Notes: a model not told the origin generated them from the sequence alone. A DNA stretch of 64,000 bases from Acidobacteriota bacterium (GCA_965263035.1 OZ253580.1:4992001-5056000); one strand, 5' to 3'; shown: positions 9,999 through 20,849, counted from the stretch's first letter. Program-made: numbers and translations.

Positions 9999-11558
9999 CT
10001 ATTGGTGAAACCGAAGGGCTCGGCCCGGCAACGGACTTTCCAGATCTCCGACCGGTTCCGAGTTCCGGAGGATGGGAACGCCGTTGACCACCACGTGATC
10101 GATTCCCAGGGGGAGCTGATGGGGGTTTTTGTAGGTGGCTCGATCCTGGACCGTGTCCGGGTCGAAGACCACCAGATCCGCGAAGTTCCCCTCTTTCAGG
10201 ACCCCCCGATCCCGTAGCCCGAAACGGCGGGCCGGGTAGCCGCTCAGCTTGTGAACCGCAGCTTCCAGGGAGAAGAGTTTCCGGTCCCGGACACAGGGAC
10301 CCAGGAGGCGTGGCCCCGATCCGTAATGCCGGGGATGGATGAGGCCCCCCTCATGGTAGATCCCGTCGCTGCCCATCATGTAGTGGCTGTGGCTCAGAAA
10401 GGGCTCCACCATCGAATCGTCCCCCCGGTGAAACACCAGCAGGATCGACAGGTTCTCCTCGATCAGCAGGTCGGCGACCGCGTCGGCCGGGGGGAGTCCG
10501 CGCCGGGAGATGTATTCGCCCATGGACAGGCCTTGCAGGTGGTGGTTGCCCTTGCTGGAGGTCCAGGCGATGATCGCCCGATCCAAGGGCGGGACGTCCA
10601 GGATCGAGGCCAACCGATCCCGAAACCTGCGGGTCCGGAGCTGATCCAGAGCCGCCAGCGGTCCCTGGTCCCAGATCTCGTAGGGCACGAGGAAATTGAG
10701 CATGGTGGACCCGGGCAGGTAGGGGTAGACGTCGAAGGAGAAGTCCACCTCTTGAGTGGCCACTTGGTCGACATAGTTCAGGATCTCTTCAGCCGTGGGT
10801 TCGTTGGCGGCCTTCAGGTGGGAGATGTGCACCGGGACCCCGGCTCTCCGGCCGATCTCCACGGCCTCCTTGAGGGCCTCCAAGGTTCCCATCTTGTAGC
10901 GCATGTGGGTCGCATACAGACCCTGGGGAGCCATGACCCGGCAGGCCCGGACCAGTTCGTCGGTGGAGGCGTGGCACTGGGAGATGTAGTCCAGCCCGGT
11001 GGAGATTCCCACGGCGCCCGCCTCCATCCCCTTTTCGATCTCCCTCAGGATCTGAGCCATCTGGACATCGTCCGGCGCCTGCCGTCGGAACCCGCAGGCG
11101 AGGGAACGGACGTTGGCGTAGGGGATGTGAGGGATGCTGTTCTGTACGGTCCGGCCATCCAGGAGCGACATGTATTCGGCGAGACTCTCCCAGCCTTCGT
11201 ACTCCTCCAGCCGGAGTCCGTTGAGCGACCGCAGGTAGTAGATCCAGGAGTGGGCCGTCTCCCGGTCGACGGGGGCGTAGGAGATCCCGTCGGCCATGAT
11301 CACCTCGGTGGTGAATCCCTGGGCCGTCTTGGACAGGAAGTTGGGGTTCGTGAGCAGCCACGAATCGGAGTGATTGTGAACGTCCACGAAACCCGGCGCC
11401 ACGACCCGCCCCCCGGCGTCGATCCGATCGCCGGCCTCCTTGCCGGTCAGGTCTCCGATCTGTTGAATCCGGTCCCCGCTAATGCCGAGATCCGTCCTGA
11501 AGCGAGGATTGCCGGTGCCGTCGATGAGAATTCCGCCCTGAACGATGAGATCCAACAT
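9999..11558 (-). CDS. N-acyl-D-amino-acid deacylase (D-aminoacylase family amidohydrolase)
   Basis: IDGTG, APGFVDVHNHSD, GISTGLDY, HISHLK, GSDG, HPRHYG, ADLVVFDP. Start taken at MLDLIVQGG. Confidence 0.9.
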   Translation of the reverse strand: MLDLIVQGGILIDGTGNPRFRTDLGISGDRIQQIGDLTGKEAGDRIDAGGRVVAPGFVDVHNHSDSWLLTNPNFLSKTAQGFTTEVIMADGISYAPVDRETAHSWIYYLRSLNGLRLEEYEGWESLAEYMSLLDGRTVQNSIPHIPYANVRSLACGFRRQAPDDVQMAQILREIEKGMEAGAVGISTGLDYISQCHASTDELVRACRVMAPQGLYATHMRYKMGTLEALKEAVEIGRRAGVPVHISHLKAANEPTAEEILNYVDQVATQEVDFSFDVYPYLPGSTMLNFLVPYEIWDQGPLAALDQLRTRRFRDRLASILDVPPLDRAIIAWTSSKGNHHLQGLSMGEYISRRGLPPADAVADLLIEENLSILLVFHRGDDSMVEPFLSHSHYMMGSDGIYHEGGLIHPRHYGSGPRLLGPCVRDRKLFSLEAAVHKLSGYPARRFGLRDRGVLKEGNFADLVVFDPDTVQDRATYKNPHQLPLGIDHVVVNGVPILRNSEPVGDLESPLPGRALRFHQ

Positions 11559-11676
11559 GGGGCCCGATTCTAACATTCGCCGGATAAGGAAATTAGGAAA
11601 CCAGAAAAGAGAGAAGAGACGTGCACCCGCTGGCCCGAGGTTGAGGCGGCCGTATCTGCTAGAATCTGGACCCCGT

Positions 11677-12216
11677 ATGACCGCCCGGGAGTTGGATCCT
11701 CTGGCTGAAGCGTATTCCAGGCGGGGACTCCGTTTGCCTGCCATCGAGCGGGTCGAGGGTTCGGTGATCCCCCAACCGTACCGGGACCTGCTGGTCCACG
11801 ACCGGGACATGACTCCCACCTTGGAAGCGTTCCACGGAGAGCTGATTCATCTCCGGGTGATGAGCCGTGACGCCCCGTCCGGAATTCTCTTCCGGGAAGT
11901 CGTCCTGGTCACTACGGCAAGCGCCAAGCCGGTGGAGTTCGGAGCGATCCGAATCCGGCTCGACGGTTTCGGGGCATCGGCCCGGGAAATGATCCGGGAA
12001 GGCCTGCTCCCGCTGGGGACCATCTTGAAGCGGGAGAACGTCCCTCACCTGAGCGACCCTCAGCGCTATCTCCGAGTCGAACCGGACCAGGTCGTCGCCC
12101 AGGCCCTGGAACTGGACGGCCGCGAACCGCTATATGGGCGGCACAATCTGATATCCGGTGAGGACGGCCGGGTCCTGGCCGAGATGGTGGAGATTCTTCC
12201 TCCCTGGTCCGAGTAG
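11677..12216 (+). CDS. Chorismate-pyruvate-lyase-like (UbiC/DUF98 fold) protein
   Basis: LLVHDRDMTPTLE, REVVL, PLG.IL, YGR, EMVEILP pattern typical of this fold. Confidence 0.6.
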   Translation: MTARELDPLAEAYSRRGLRLPAIERVEGSVIPQPYRDLLVHDRDMTPTLEAFHGELIHLRVMSRDAPSGILFREVVLVTTASAKPVEFGAIRIRLDGFGASAREMIREGLLPLGTILKRENVPHLSDPQRYLRVEPDQVVAQALELDGREPLYGRHNLISGEDGRVLAEMVEILPPWSE

Positions 12217-12248
12217 GGTCTACGCGGAACCGCTCCGTCCCGGAGCCT

Positions 12249-12411
12249 AGGAGTTTGCGCGGTAGAAATGATCGTAGCGAGAAAGTGGGGAATCGAGGCC
12301 AGATTTTCTCGATTTGGAGGTGCATAGTTGTTCTATTCGCCGAGAAATCGAGGAAATATGGACCGATTCTACCGCTTTCGCAGTAGATCAATTTCTGCGG
12401 CGCAGGCTCCT
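12249..12411. mobile_element. MITE family B, copy 2
   Basis: Near-identical, same-orientation copy of 8374-8536. Confidence 0.85.
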
Positions 12412-12445
12412 GGTCCGAAAGAGGCCCCTCCGAGAGAACGCCAAA

Positions 12446-13804
12446 TCAATTTTCGGCGGTGCTCGACCGGTGATTTTCGAAGAGGCGTTCCAGGATGGTC
12501 TGTAGGCGTCCGTGGACGGGAGTCTTCGCTTCCTCGGGGACGGGTCGTGTCTCGTCCGGGTCGGCCGTCAGGTCAAAGAAGCGGCCGTCCCGGTACAGCT
12601 TCCAATCCCGGGTCCGAACCCAACTCTTGCCCCGATGCTCCGCAAAAATCCAATCTCGTCCCGGGCCCGGTTCCCCTCTCAGTAGTGCCGCGAAACTGGT
12701 CCCGTCCAGGGTCTCCCCCGGGGGGGCCTGGGCGCCGCCCAGCTCCGCCAGCGTGGGCAGCAGGTCGCTGAAGTCCATCAAGGCTGGTGTCGATTTACCC
12801 TGGGGCAGCGTTCCCTTCCAGTTTGCGATTGTGGGGACCCGGGTGCCGGCGTCGGTGAGGTCTCCCTTGCCTCCAGGAATCGTGCGCTCTCCCATCCGGC
12901 TCGATACCGGTTCCCGGACGAGCTTTCCGCCCTGAGCTGTGATGATGGACTGTTTGGGTGTCCCATTGTCGGTCGTGAAGAAGATCAACGTCTTTTCCCG
13001 CAATCCGAGGCGGTCCAGAGCTCCCACCAGACGCCCGACCCGCTGGTCCATGGCCTCCACCATCTCCCCAAAATTGTCGTAGCGCCCTCGGGGACCGAAG
13101 GGGACCGGTGCTTCCAGATCATCGGTGACGTCGTGGCAGAGCGCCATGGAATAGAAGGCGAAGAAGGGGCCCGCCCGGTGCCGTTCCATGAATTCCGTGA
13201 GGAACCGGACGTAGGCGTCGGGACCGTACTGGTCGCGGACGTCGGATCGAATCCGGCCGTTTTCCCAGATGAGAGGTTGGTAATAACGGGGACCTTCGTG
13301 CCAGCCAAAGAGGCAATATTGGTCGAAACCCAGGCGAAACGGATGCTCGGGATCTTCCCGGAGGAGCGCGAGCTGCCACTTGCCGGCAATGGCAGTGGCG
13401 TATCCGGCCCGTTTCAGGACCTGAGGCAGAGTCCTCTCCTCCCACCTTTCCGGAAAGGTTCCCCAGACCGGATGTCCCAGCCGGAACGGGTAGCGCCCGG
13501 TCATGAGACAGATCCGGGAGGGGTGGCAGACGGGCATGCTGTAGGCGTGCTCGAAGCGCAGCCCGGTTCGGGCCAACTGGTCCAGGTGGGGAGTGGGGTA
13601 GGAGGTGCCGCCGTAGCTGCCCAGCACCTCGCGTCCCACGTCGTCGGCCAGGATCAGAAGGATGTTGGGTTGCTCTGGTTTCGCAGGGACTTCCCGGCGC
13701 TGCTCGCAGGAGAAGGCGGCCGCCAGCAGGAGGGCGAATAGCAGGGTCGGACCATGAATTTTCAATGAATTGTGAGAATAGTCGAATAATTCGATGCGGT
13801 CCAT
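12446..13804 (-). CDS. Sulfatase (formylglycine-dependent), likely exported
   Basis: PNILLILADD, CHPSR (CxPxR), GKWQL, TTDNG, GTRVP. Hydrophobic, lipobox-like N-terminal segment. Start uncertain. Confidence 0.9.
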   Translation of the reverse strand: MDRIELFDYSHNSLKIHGPTLLFALLLAAAFSCEQRREVPAKPEQPNILLILADDVGREVLGSYGGTSYPTPHLDQLARTGLRFEHAYSMPVCHPSRICLMTGRYPFRLGHPVWGTFPERWEERTLPQVLKRAGYATAIAGKWQLALLREDPEHPFRLGFDQYCLFGWHEGPRYYQPLIWENGRIRSDVRDQYGPDAYVRFLTEFMERHRAGPFFAFYSMALCHDVTDDLEAPVPFGPRGRYDNFGEMVEAMDQRVGRLVGALDRLGLREKTLIFFTTDNGTPKQSIITAQGGKLVREPVSSRMGERTIPGGKGDLTDAGTRVPTIANWKGTLPQGKSTPALMDFSDLLPTLAELGGAQAPPGETLDGTSFAALLRGEPGPGRDWIFAEHRGKSWVRTRDWKLYRDGRFFDLTADPDETRPVPEEAKTPVHGRLQTILERLFENHRSSTAEN

Positions 13805-13893
13805 GGTCCTGGGAGAGATTCGATCTGGCCTTGTTTCAGTCCCCCATAGTAAGCTGAACTCCACAGCGCTCCCAAACACGGTCCAACCCCCAA

Positions 13894-15333
13894 ATGGTTT
13901 TCTCCAGCAGGAACCGGCCCCGAACCAAGATCGTCTGTACTCTCGGCCCATCGGTGCAGTCCCGGTCCAGCATTCGGCAGCTGGTCGAGGCGGGAATGAA
14001 CGTGGCCCGCCTCAACATGGCCCACGGGACACTGGAGGACCACACGACGGCGTTCGGCCACGTTCGCTCCATCGCCGAGGAACTCAAACAACCCGTGGGG
14101 ATCATGGTGGACGTGCCCGGATCCAAGTACCGGACGGGTGAAATTCCGTCGGGATCACTCTCCTTCAAAGAAGGTCAAGAAATCACGCTCACCAGCCGGC
14201 AGAGCGGGACGGGCGGGGAAGACCTCGTGGTACCGGTGAAACCTGCGGGAATCCACCGGGACGCCCGGGCTGGAAAACGGATTCTTCTGAACGACGGAAT
14301 GATTACCCTGGAGATCCGGGAGGTTCAGGGCGAGGATGTTCTTTGCGAGGCTCTGACCGCGGGTCGAATCACTTCCGGTCGGGGAGTCACGACTCCGGGC
14401 GTCGAACCCTCCCAGCCTTTTCCCGACGCAAAAGCAACGGCCGCAATGGGATTTGCCGCTCGGCACCAGGCGGACTTCGTCGCACTCTCCACGGTGACCA
14501 CATCCGATGGCGTGGCGAAAGCCCGCGAGATCCTGTGGGCAATGGGGTTCTCCGGGGGGATCTATTCCAAGATCGAACGCGCCCGTGCCGTCACCAATCA
14601 GGCGTCCATCATCGACGTGAGCGACGGTATCATCGTCGCCCGGGGAGACCTGGGAACGGAGATCCGGCTGGCCCGGGTTCCCATCGTTCAGAAGGAGCTA
14701 ATCGGCCTCTGCAACGAGCTGGGAAGACCGGTGATCACGGCCACGCAGATGCTCGAGTCCATGATTTCCCTGCCGGTTCCGACTCGGGCCGAGGTGGCGG
14801 ACGTGGCCAACGCCGTGTTCGACGGCACCGACGCCGTCATGCTCTCAGGCGAGACTTCCATTGGACGGTATCCCTTGGAAGCGGTCCGGGTCATGGCGGA
14901 GGTATCGATGGAGGCCGAAAAAGCCCTTCCCTACGATGCCATGCTGGTGGACAAGCGAAAACATCTGGAGCCCCTGACCGACGACGCCATCGCCTATAAT
15001 GCCTGTCAGACTGCCCATCATCTGGGCGCCTCCCTGATCGTGGCGTTCACCGAATCGGGGGGCACCGCGAAACGGGTCTCCAAGTACCGGCCACGGACGC
15101 CTGTCATGGCTCTGGTCCACAACGAGCGGACGCGCCGTTCCCTGACCGTTACCTGGGGAGTCCAACCGGTGACCACCGGGAGCCTGGAGCGCACCGACGA
15201 CTTCTTCGACCGGGCTCGGGAGGAAGCCGTGCGTCGCGCCGGTCTGAAAAAGGGCAGGCTGGTGGTGCTGGTGGCCGGCGTTCCCATCGGCCTTCCCGGA
15301 GGCACCGACCTGCTCCGGGTCCTGACTATCTGA
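13894..15333 (+). CDS. pyk: Pyruvate kinase
   Basis: RTKIVCTLGP, ARLNMAHG, SKIE, VARGDLG, TATQMLESM, PTRAEV.DVANA, DAVMLSGETS.G.YP. Confidence 0.97.
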   Translation: MVFSSRNRPRTKIVCTLGPSVQSRSSIRQLVEAGMNVARLNMAHGTLEDHTTAFGHVRSIAEELKQPVGIMVDVPGSKYRTGEIPSGSLSFKEGQEITLTSRQSGTGGEDLVVPVKPAGIHRDARAGKRILLNDGMITLEIREVQGEDVLCEALTAGRITSGRGVTTPGVEPSQPFPDAKATAAMGFAARHQADFVALSTVTTSDGVAKAREILWAMGFSGGIYSKIERARAVTNQASIIDVSDGIIVARGDLGTEIRLARVPIVQKELIGLCNELGRPVITATQMLESMISLPVPTRAEVADVANAVFDGTDAVMLSGETSIGRYPLEAVRVMAEVSMEAEKALPYDAMLVDKRKHLEPLTDDAIAYNACQTAHHLGASLIVAFTESGGTAKRVSKYRPRTPVMALVHNERTRRSLTVTWGVQPVTTGSLERTDDFFDRAREEAVRRAGLKKGRLVVLVAGVPIGLPGGTDLLRVLTI

Positions 15334-15392
15334 ACATTTTCTGAGAGGATGTGCGGGTCCTGCTTCCCGGGGACCGATGGGAAGAGAAGCAC

Positions 15393-17348
15393 ATGATTCT
15401 GGCTCAATCCGTCTGGCTGGGACTGCATTGGGTGGACTGGATCGTCCTGATGGTCTACCTGCTAGCCGTCTCCTTCATCGGATTCTGGTCCTACCGGAAG
15501 GTGCGGGATCTCACCGACTTCTTCATGGGGGGACGCCGCTTCGGCAAGGTCTTCATGATGTTCTTCGCCTTCGGGGTCGGAACCAGCAGCGAGCAGGCTC
15601 TCAGCGTCGCCGCCGGGTCCTTCCGCTATGGTCTGGCCGGAATCTGGTACCAGTTTCTATGGCTCTGGGCCACACCCTTCTACTGGATCATCGCTCCCGT
15701 CTTTCGCCGCATGCGGGCCTTGACCACCAGCGACTTCTTCCAGGCCCGTTACGATTCTTCCACCGCCACGCTCTATTCGTGCCTGGGGATCGCCATGTCC
15801 GTGGTCTTCATGGCGGGAGCCCTGTACGGCAGCGGGGAGATGATCGAAGGCCTTGCGGGAGGCACCGACCCGGCGACGGGAGAGCCTTATTTCCCAATGG
15901 AATATGCCGTCGCCGGGATGACGGTTCTCTTCGTCCTCTATGGGATGGCCGGAGGTCTGGGCGCCGCCATCATCACCGACTTCATCCAGGGTGTCCTGAC
16001 CATCGTCTTCTCGTTCCTGCTCCTCCCCTTCGCCTTTCACGCCGCGGCCCGGGTGGCCGGAACCTCCAGCGGATTCTCGGCGCTACAACAGGGGGTTCCA
16101 GGCCGGAGCGGCTCCGAGCTGTTGAGCCTCACGATCACGGAGGAGGTCAGCAGCCTGATGGGGCAGGAGCCCATCACCCTCTTCTATGTGGTGATGCTCT
16201 CTCTCACCGGGCTCATCGGAATCGTGGTCCAGCCTCACATCATGGGAGTCTGCGGGGCCGGCCGGACCGAGTTCGAGGGGCGGTTCGGCTTCACCGTAGG
16301 CAACTTCATCAAGCGGTTCTGCACCATCGCCTGGACCTTCACCGGGCTGGCCTGCATCATCATCTATCTGACGCCCGAGAACGGGTACCTGTCGGCGGCC
16401 GAGATCCAGCGGGTCCAGTCGGATCCCGGTGCGCTGGCCGCCTTCGCCAACCAGGTTTTCGGGCGGGCCGCGCACGACATTCTTCCCACCATATCGGTCG
16501 GCCTCGTGGGACTGCTTATGGCTTCACTGCTGGCGGCGGTGATGAGCACCTGCGATGCCCAGATGGTGGTGGGGTCCGGACTCTTCACCGAGAACATATA
16601 CAAACGCTTCATCCATCCCCGGGGCAGTGGGCATCACTATCTGTGGGTCGGACGCCTGAGCGGCCTGGGGATCGTTTGCCTGGCGCTGCTGATGCTGACC
16701 CAGTTCGACAACGTGATTCAGGTCCTGACTCGTTACATCCAGCCCATCCCCACCTTCATGGGCCTGGCCTTCTGGTTCGGTATCACCTGGCGAGGCTACA
16801 CGGCCATGGCGGTCTGGGCCTCCACCATTACCACAGCTCTGGCCTGGTACCTGACCCAGATTCACAATCCGTTCGAGATCATCGCCGCCCTGGGCAGCTC
16901 CCAGTTCTTCCAACTCAACATCGACTACCTTCCCGGCCTGGTTCGAGGCTGGCTCTACGAGCAGGTCCCCGGAATCATGCAGGTGGCGCAGGGGGCGGGA
17001 GGCGAAGTAGCCTACCGGACCCGCCTTCCCTACCAGATTCTCGTCTATCTCTCATTCGGCGCGGCGGCCGGTCTGGGCACCAGCTTTCTGACCCGGCCCG
17101 TCGCCCGGGCCAAGTTGGACCGTTTCTTCCGTCTCATCCACACTCCGGTCCGGGAGGGCGAAAAGATCGACGAGCCTTGTACCCTCCCGGAGAACCCCTT
17201 GCCGCCTGAGACCGAAAAGTTGATTTCCGCGGGCGGACTGGAGATTCCTCGTCCGGGCGTGGTGGGGCTGGTCGGATTCGGACTGGCCTGGGTCGCGGTG
17301 GGAGGCTTGATCTGGCTCACCGTAACGCTGGCCGGGATCGGCGGGTAG
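15393..17348 (+). CDS. Sodium:solute symporter family protein
   Basis: DFFMGGR, YGMAGGL.AAIITDFIQG, LLAAVMST and many TM helices. Confidence 0.9.
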   Translation: MILAQSVWLGLHWVDWIVLMVYLLAVSFIGFWSYRKVRDLTDFFMGGRRFGKVFMMFFAFGVGTSSEQALSVAAGSFRYGLAGIWYQFLWLWATPFYWIIAPVFRRMRALTTSDFFQARYDSSTATLYSCLGIAMSVVFMAGALYGSGEMIEGLAGGTDPATGEPYFPMEYAVAGMTVLFVLYGMAGGLGAAIITDFIQGVLTIVFSFLLLPFAFHAAARVAGTSSGFSALQQGVPGRSGSELLSLTITEEVSSLMGQEPITLFYVVMLSLTGLIGIVVQPHIMGVCGAGRTEFEGRFGFTVGNFIKRFCTIAWTFTGLACIIIYLTPENGYLSAAEIQRVQSDPGALAAFANQVFGRAAHDILPTISVGLVGLLMASLLAAVMSTCDAQMVVGSGLFTENIYKRFIHPRGSGHHYLWVGRLSGLGIVCLALLMLTQFDNVIQVLTRYIQPIPTFMGLAFWFGITWRGYTAMAVWASTITTALAWYLTQIHNPFEIIAALGSSQFFQLNIDYLPGLVRGWLYEQVPGIMQVAQGAGGEVAYRTRLPYQILVYLSFGAAAGLGTSFLTRPVARAKLDRFFRLIHTPVREGEKIDEPCTLPENPLPPETEKLISAGGLEIPRPGVVGLVGFGLAWVAVGGLIWLTVTLAGIGG

Positions 17349-17355
17349 GCTGCCT

Positions 17356-17374
17356 GGAGGGGCGATTTCCAATC
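17356..17374. repeat. Left att junction: left half of the split REP palindrome including the 11-bp core
   Basis: GGAGGGGCGATTTCCAATC. Joined to the right junction it restores GGGCGATT-TCC-AATCGCCC. Confidence 0.85.
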
Positions 17375-17480
17375 CCAACTGTCCCTCAGTCAATAACTAC
17401 TAAACATTAACGTTTTCAGTCATTTACCGGGTTCTTCGCCGAATCGGTAAAGTGGTTGACTCCCCATGTTTGGCGTGCTG

Positions 17481-17499
17481 AACAGGCAACAAACAGGCA
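17481..17499 (+). repeat. Putative integrase arm-type binding sites (left)
   Basis: AACAGGCAACAAACAGGCA, identical to 23499-23517. Two tandem AACAGGCA units 11 bp apart. Confidence 0.7.
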
Positions 17500-17907
17500 G
17501 CAGAATTCGCGCCTGAAGGCCAATGCACTCTTCTCATCTTCTTTTGTTCCCCTTTCGAAAATCTACCAGAGATTCGACTCATCGATCCGATGGCCAGACC
17601 CATAACCTGAATCATGGGATTTTCGGAGGCATCTTCCGAGTCAAGAGTATCTTCCCTATCCGCTGCCGTGTGGTCCCCTGGATATGGCCTGGAGATTGAA
17701 CCGATGGATTACGGTGTACCACCCCGAAGAAGCACTTTATCCGCCGCCCGGGGTTTACATGGGCAACAGCAAGCGTGCTCGGGAGAGATTCCGGGCCGCG
17801 TTGTTGGACCAGTCGCGCCTCTGCCGTAGACTCGCCAGCATCGCTCATGGTCCGCAACTCCGTAAGAGGGTATGCTATACGGAAGAGAACCCATGCAAAA
17901 CTAATTC

Positions 17908-18120
17908 ATGGCGGTCACCGTTCCAATCGGCATTGCCATCATCATGGCTACCATCGCCCTCGCCGGCCTCATCCAGGTCCAATCCCGCGCCTTCCGTTCT
18001 GAGCTTCGGGAGTCGGCCCAGCACCGCGCCGAGCTCCGGGATCGAATGGGACGGATCGAAGGGACGCTCGACGTCCTTCGAGATTCCTTCGTCCGGTCCG
18101 GTCGCGACACTGCGGGGTGA
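17908..18120 (+). CDS. Small membrane-anchored coiled-coil hypothetical protein
   Basis: N-terminal hydrophobic helix followed by heptad-like ELRDRMGRIEGTLDVL. Confidence 0.55.
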   Translation: MAVTVPIGIAIIMATIALAGLIQVQSRAFRSELRESAQHRAELRDRMGRIEGTLDVLRDSFVRSGRDTAG

Positions 18121-18537
18121 TCCACAACGCTGAACCATGGAAGAAGCGAACGGCCCCCAGCCGGTGGCGACAAGCGAGACACAAATGAGCTGGTTGCGGA
18201 GAATATGGAGCACGATAACGGTCCTGATTCGACTAAGTGACCTTGACGCACGAGTCGGAAAGCTCGATAGGCAACTCAGAGAAGCGTCCCGGGGGACTCA
18301 GGAGACTCTCAACATTGGCTCAATTGGTACGCTGGACATCGACATCGAAAACATCACCCGTGAAACGATCACTCAGCAGGCCAAATTGGAGGTAACGAGG
18401 CGTCACATCTATACATCAAACGTCGCCCATACGGGACACGCTGTCGGGTTGTCATTGGCGTTGTGCTACAGCTTTGAAGATGAACCGGAACGACTTGAGC
18501 GAGTTGCGGACCGGCTTGAAGAGTGGGCCAATAGCTA

Positions 18538-20187
18538 GTTCTCATCCAGAAAGTCGGGTTTGGGGGGATTGGGTAGCCCGAGGAAGGCCGGAGAAACTGC
18601 AATAAACCGGCTCGATGGGGGCCGAAAGCAGGAAATTCAAGTCCGTTGAGAGCCGATCCCGGATTTTGAAGACACGAGTCCCTGACGGGGCATCGGCAAT
18701 GGATTCAAGCTGCGCTTACAGCAGCAGGCGGGCCAGCACCAGCAGGTTGAAGCTGACGATCGAGAGGTACACATATTGCTGGAAGTGGGGCCAGCCCTTC
18801 CAGGTGCAGCGTCCGAGTCCGAACACTCGCTTGAGCCACGAGATGCACCCTTCGATGCCGGCCCGGAAGCGTCGCAGTTGCCGGTAGACCCAACTGGAGC
18901 GCACCATCTCAGGGACCTTCAGTCCGCGTTTCTTGGCAAAGGCGACATCCTGGACGCCTTGCTTTTTGGCCCACTCCAGATTGGAGCGGCTGGCAAAGCA
19001 TCCGTCACAACTGACCTGTCGAGGCCAACGGCCGTACAGATCATACTGGCGCCGCATCCAGGGCTGGAACTGACCGGCATCGTTAGGGTTCCCCCGCACC
19101 ACCTCAGCATCCAGCATCAGGCCGGAGACGCCGCCGGTCAGAAACAGCTTGTGCCCAAAGACCGTTTCCCGGCGCTTCTTTTTGATGATGTCGGTGTGCT
19201 CCTCAAACAAGGAGAGGACTTTCTCGGCGGCCGGAACCGTCTCTCCCCGCAGCACACGCCGCTCGGTCTGGTCGATGATCTTCTTCGTCAAATCCAAGTA
19301 ATGGCGCAGTTGACCGGCGATGACCAGACTGGGCAGGTCGGTGAACCGATCCGCTTGCCGCAGCGCCCTCTCGGCGTCATGAGCGGTCTTGCGAGCGACC
19401 TTCAACAGATCCCGATAGGCTCGCAGACGACGCTTGCCCCGGTGGTTGGCGATGTTCGCAACAGCGTCGCTTGGCCCGGCGCCGGTGATCCGAAAAGACG
19501 ATCTTGTGAGGTCGGGCCAAGCGGCGCAGCCAGCGGGTGAGGACTCGAACCGAGTCGGACAACATCTGGGAATCCCGCGGATAGGGGATGGGGCTTTCCA
19601 CGGCCGTGGCATCGGCTCGGATCTTCCGTCCCCGTTCCAGTCCCTGGCCCTCCGCCCATTGCACCAGGAGCCGGTTGATCTGCTGCCAGGTTCCGGCTTG
19701 AATCCGGCTGATGTTGTCCTGGAGGCAGGAGGCACTGGGGGTCCATTGCCAAGGGAGTCGAGCGAAGCGACGAAAGCTCTGAGAGTCGCTCCAGAGGAAC
19801 GCCAACTTGGTGTAGGGCAGCTGATGCCAGTTCTTGAGGATGGCCGCGCGCAGGACCTGCTCTGCGGAGAGACCCGGAGCCCCCTGGCCTGAACCGGCGG
19901 TGTCACACAGATCGTGTAGAACCAGACCCAGGATCGAGGGGTTGTCATCCAAGATCTTGGAAACAGCTTTCAATTCCTGGGCGAGTCGGTGACCGGGCCA
20001 GAGCCCGGAGAGCGGAAGCTGGTTTTCCCGTTTTCGACGCATTGTTCAAGCCCCCGGTTTTGTGTAAGTCATTTGGTTGCTTTTATTTAGCACCAATAGA
20101 CTACCAAACGACTATGACAGAATCGGGGCTTGAAAATGCCTCCTTAGTCCTTATTTCCCAATAACTTACGGCTTTCCGGATGAGAAC
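18538..20187 (-). mobile_element. IS element (ISNCY/IS5-like DDE), 1650 bp
   Basis: TIRs GTTCTCATCCAGAAAG / CTTTCCGGATGAGAAC with TAGCTA on both flanks. The palindromic target makes the exact ends ambiguous. Confidence 0.85.
18716..20042 (-). pseudogene. DDE transposase with a frameshift near 19460
   Basis: N-terminal half in ORF 19377-20042 (RADATAVE..I.YP.DS). C-terminal half in frame 18716-19948 (KVLSLFEEHTDII, FGHK, DGCFAS, FRAGIEG.IS.LKR). Confidence 0.85.
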
Positions 20188-20403
20188 TAGCTACACTACG
20201 CTTTGGCGGGAGACGGAAACGACTCCCGCGTTTGAGAAAATGGGATTGTCAGAGGAGTCCAAGCAGAGATTGCGTGACCAGAGGTTAGTGCATGAGATGG
20301 GAGTCCGGTCTGTGTCCGCGTGGATTCGAGGCTGGGTACGCGCTCAGCAGAAATAACGCACCGAGATCCGCGAGGATCCGCCTCGCGAAGATAGTGAGAT
20401 CCT

Positions 20404-20769
20404 TCAGAGGAACGAGGTCAGGTCTTGCCCCAACTTTCGGGCCAGTGCTTCGGCATCGTCAAAAGGCCAGAGAAGTTTCTGGTCTCCATCCCGGTCGCGT
20501 TTCTCATGCAGAACCCAGCCGCGACTTTCCAAGTCCAGGCCGGGAGGTACCATGACATGAACACCCTGCGTCTTGCGGACAAACATCTTGACCAGTTTTG
20601 CTGATTCCGATTTCGTGATGAGAGGGTAAAAAGGAGCAGGAACGTCCATGCTCACTCTCGCCTTGATGGGAGTGATCCAGACTCCCCTGCACCTTGGTGG
20701 CAGTTCTGCCCGGACAATCTTCATCAGTTCCTCCAGTTGACTGAGCACGTTGTTCCAGTCCAGTTTCAT
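20404..20769 (-). CDS. Hypothetical protein (element cargo)
   Basis: 121-aa ORF with an AAGGAGG RBS just upstream on the minus strand. Confidence 0.6.
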   Translation of the reverse strand: MKLDWNNVLSQLEELMKIVRAELPPRCRGVWITPIKARVSMDVPAPFYPLITKSESAKLVKMFVRKTQGVHVMVPPGLDLESRGWVLHEKRDRDGDQKLLWPFDDAEALARKLGQDLTSFL

Positions 20770-20849
20770 GGGGCCTCCTTACGGCTTATGATGGAGTGAA
20801 TCCGCCCGGCTCGTGATGCCTCCAGAGCCGGTGGGTCCGAGTCGCCACA

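Larger units (their letters stand above)
18137..20356 (+). pseudogene. Hypothetical gene (~187 aa) interrupted by an IS
   Basis: Removing 18538-20193 restores an open frame ...EEWANS-YTTLWRETETTPAFEKMGLSEESKQRLRDQRLVHEMGVRSVSAWIRGWVRAQQK* ending at 20356. Confidence 0.75.

Noticed and set aside
17340-17460. tRNA gene at the integration site
   Set aside because: No cloverleaf, T-loop or CCA at either junction. The site is explained by the split REP hairpin.
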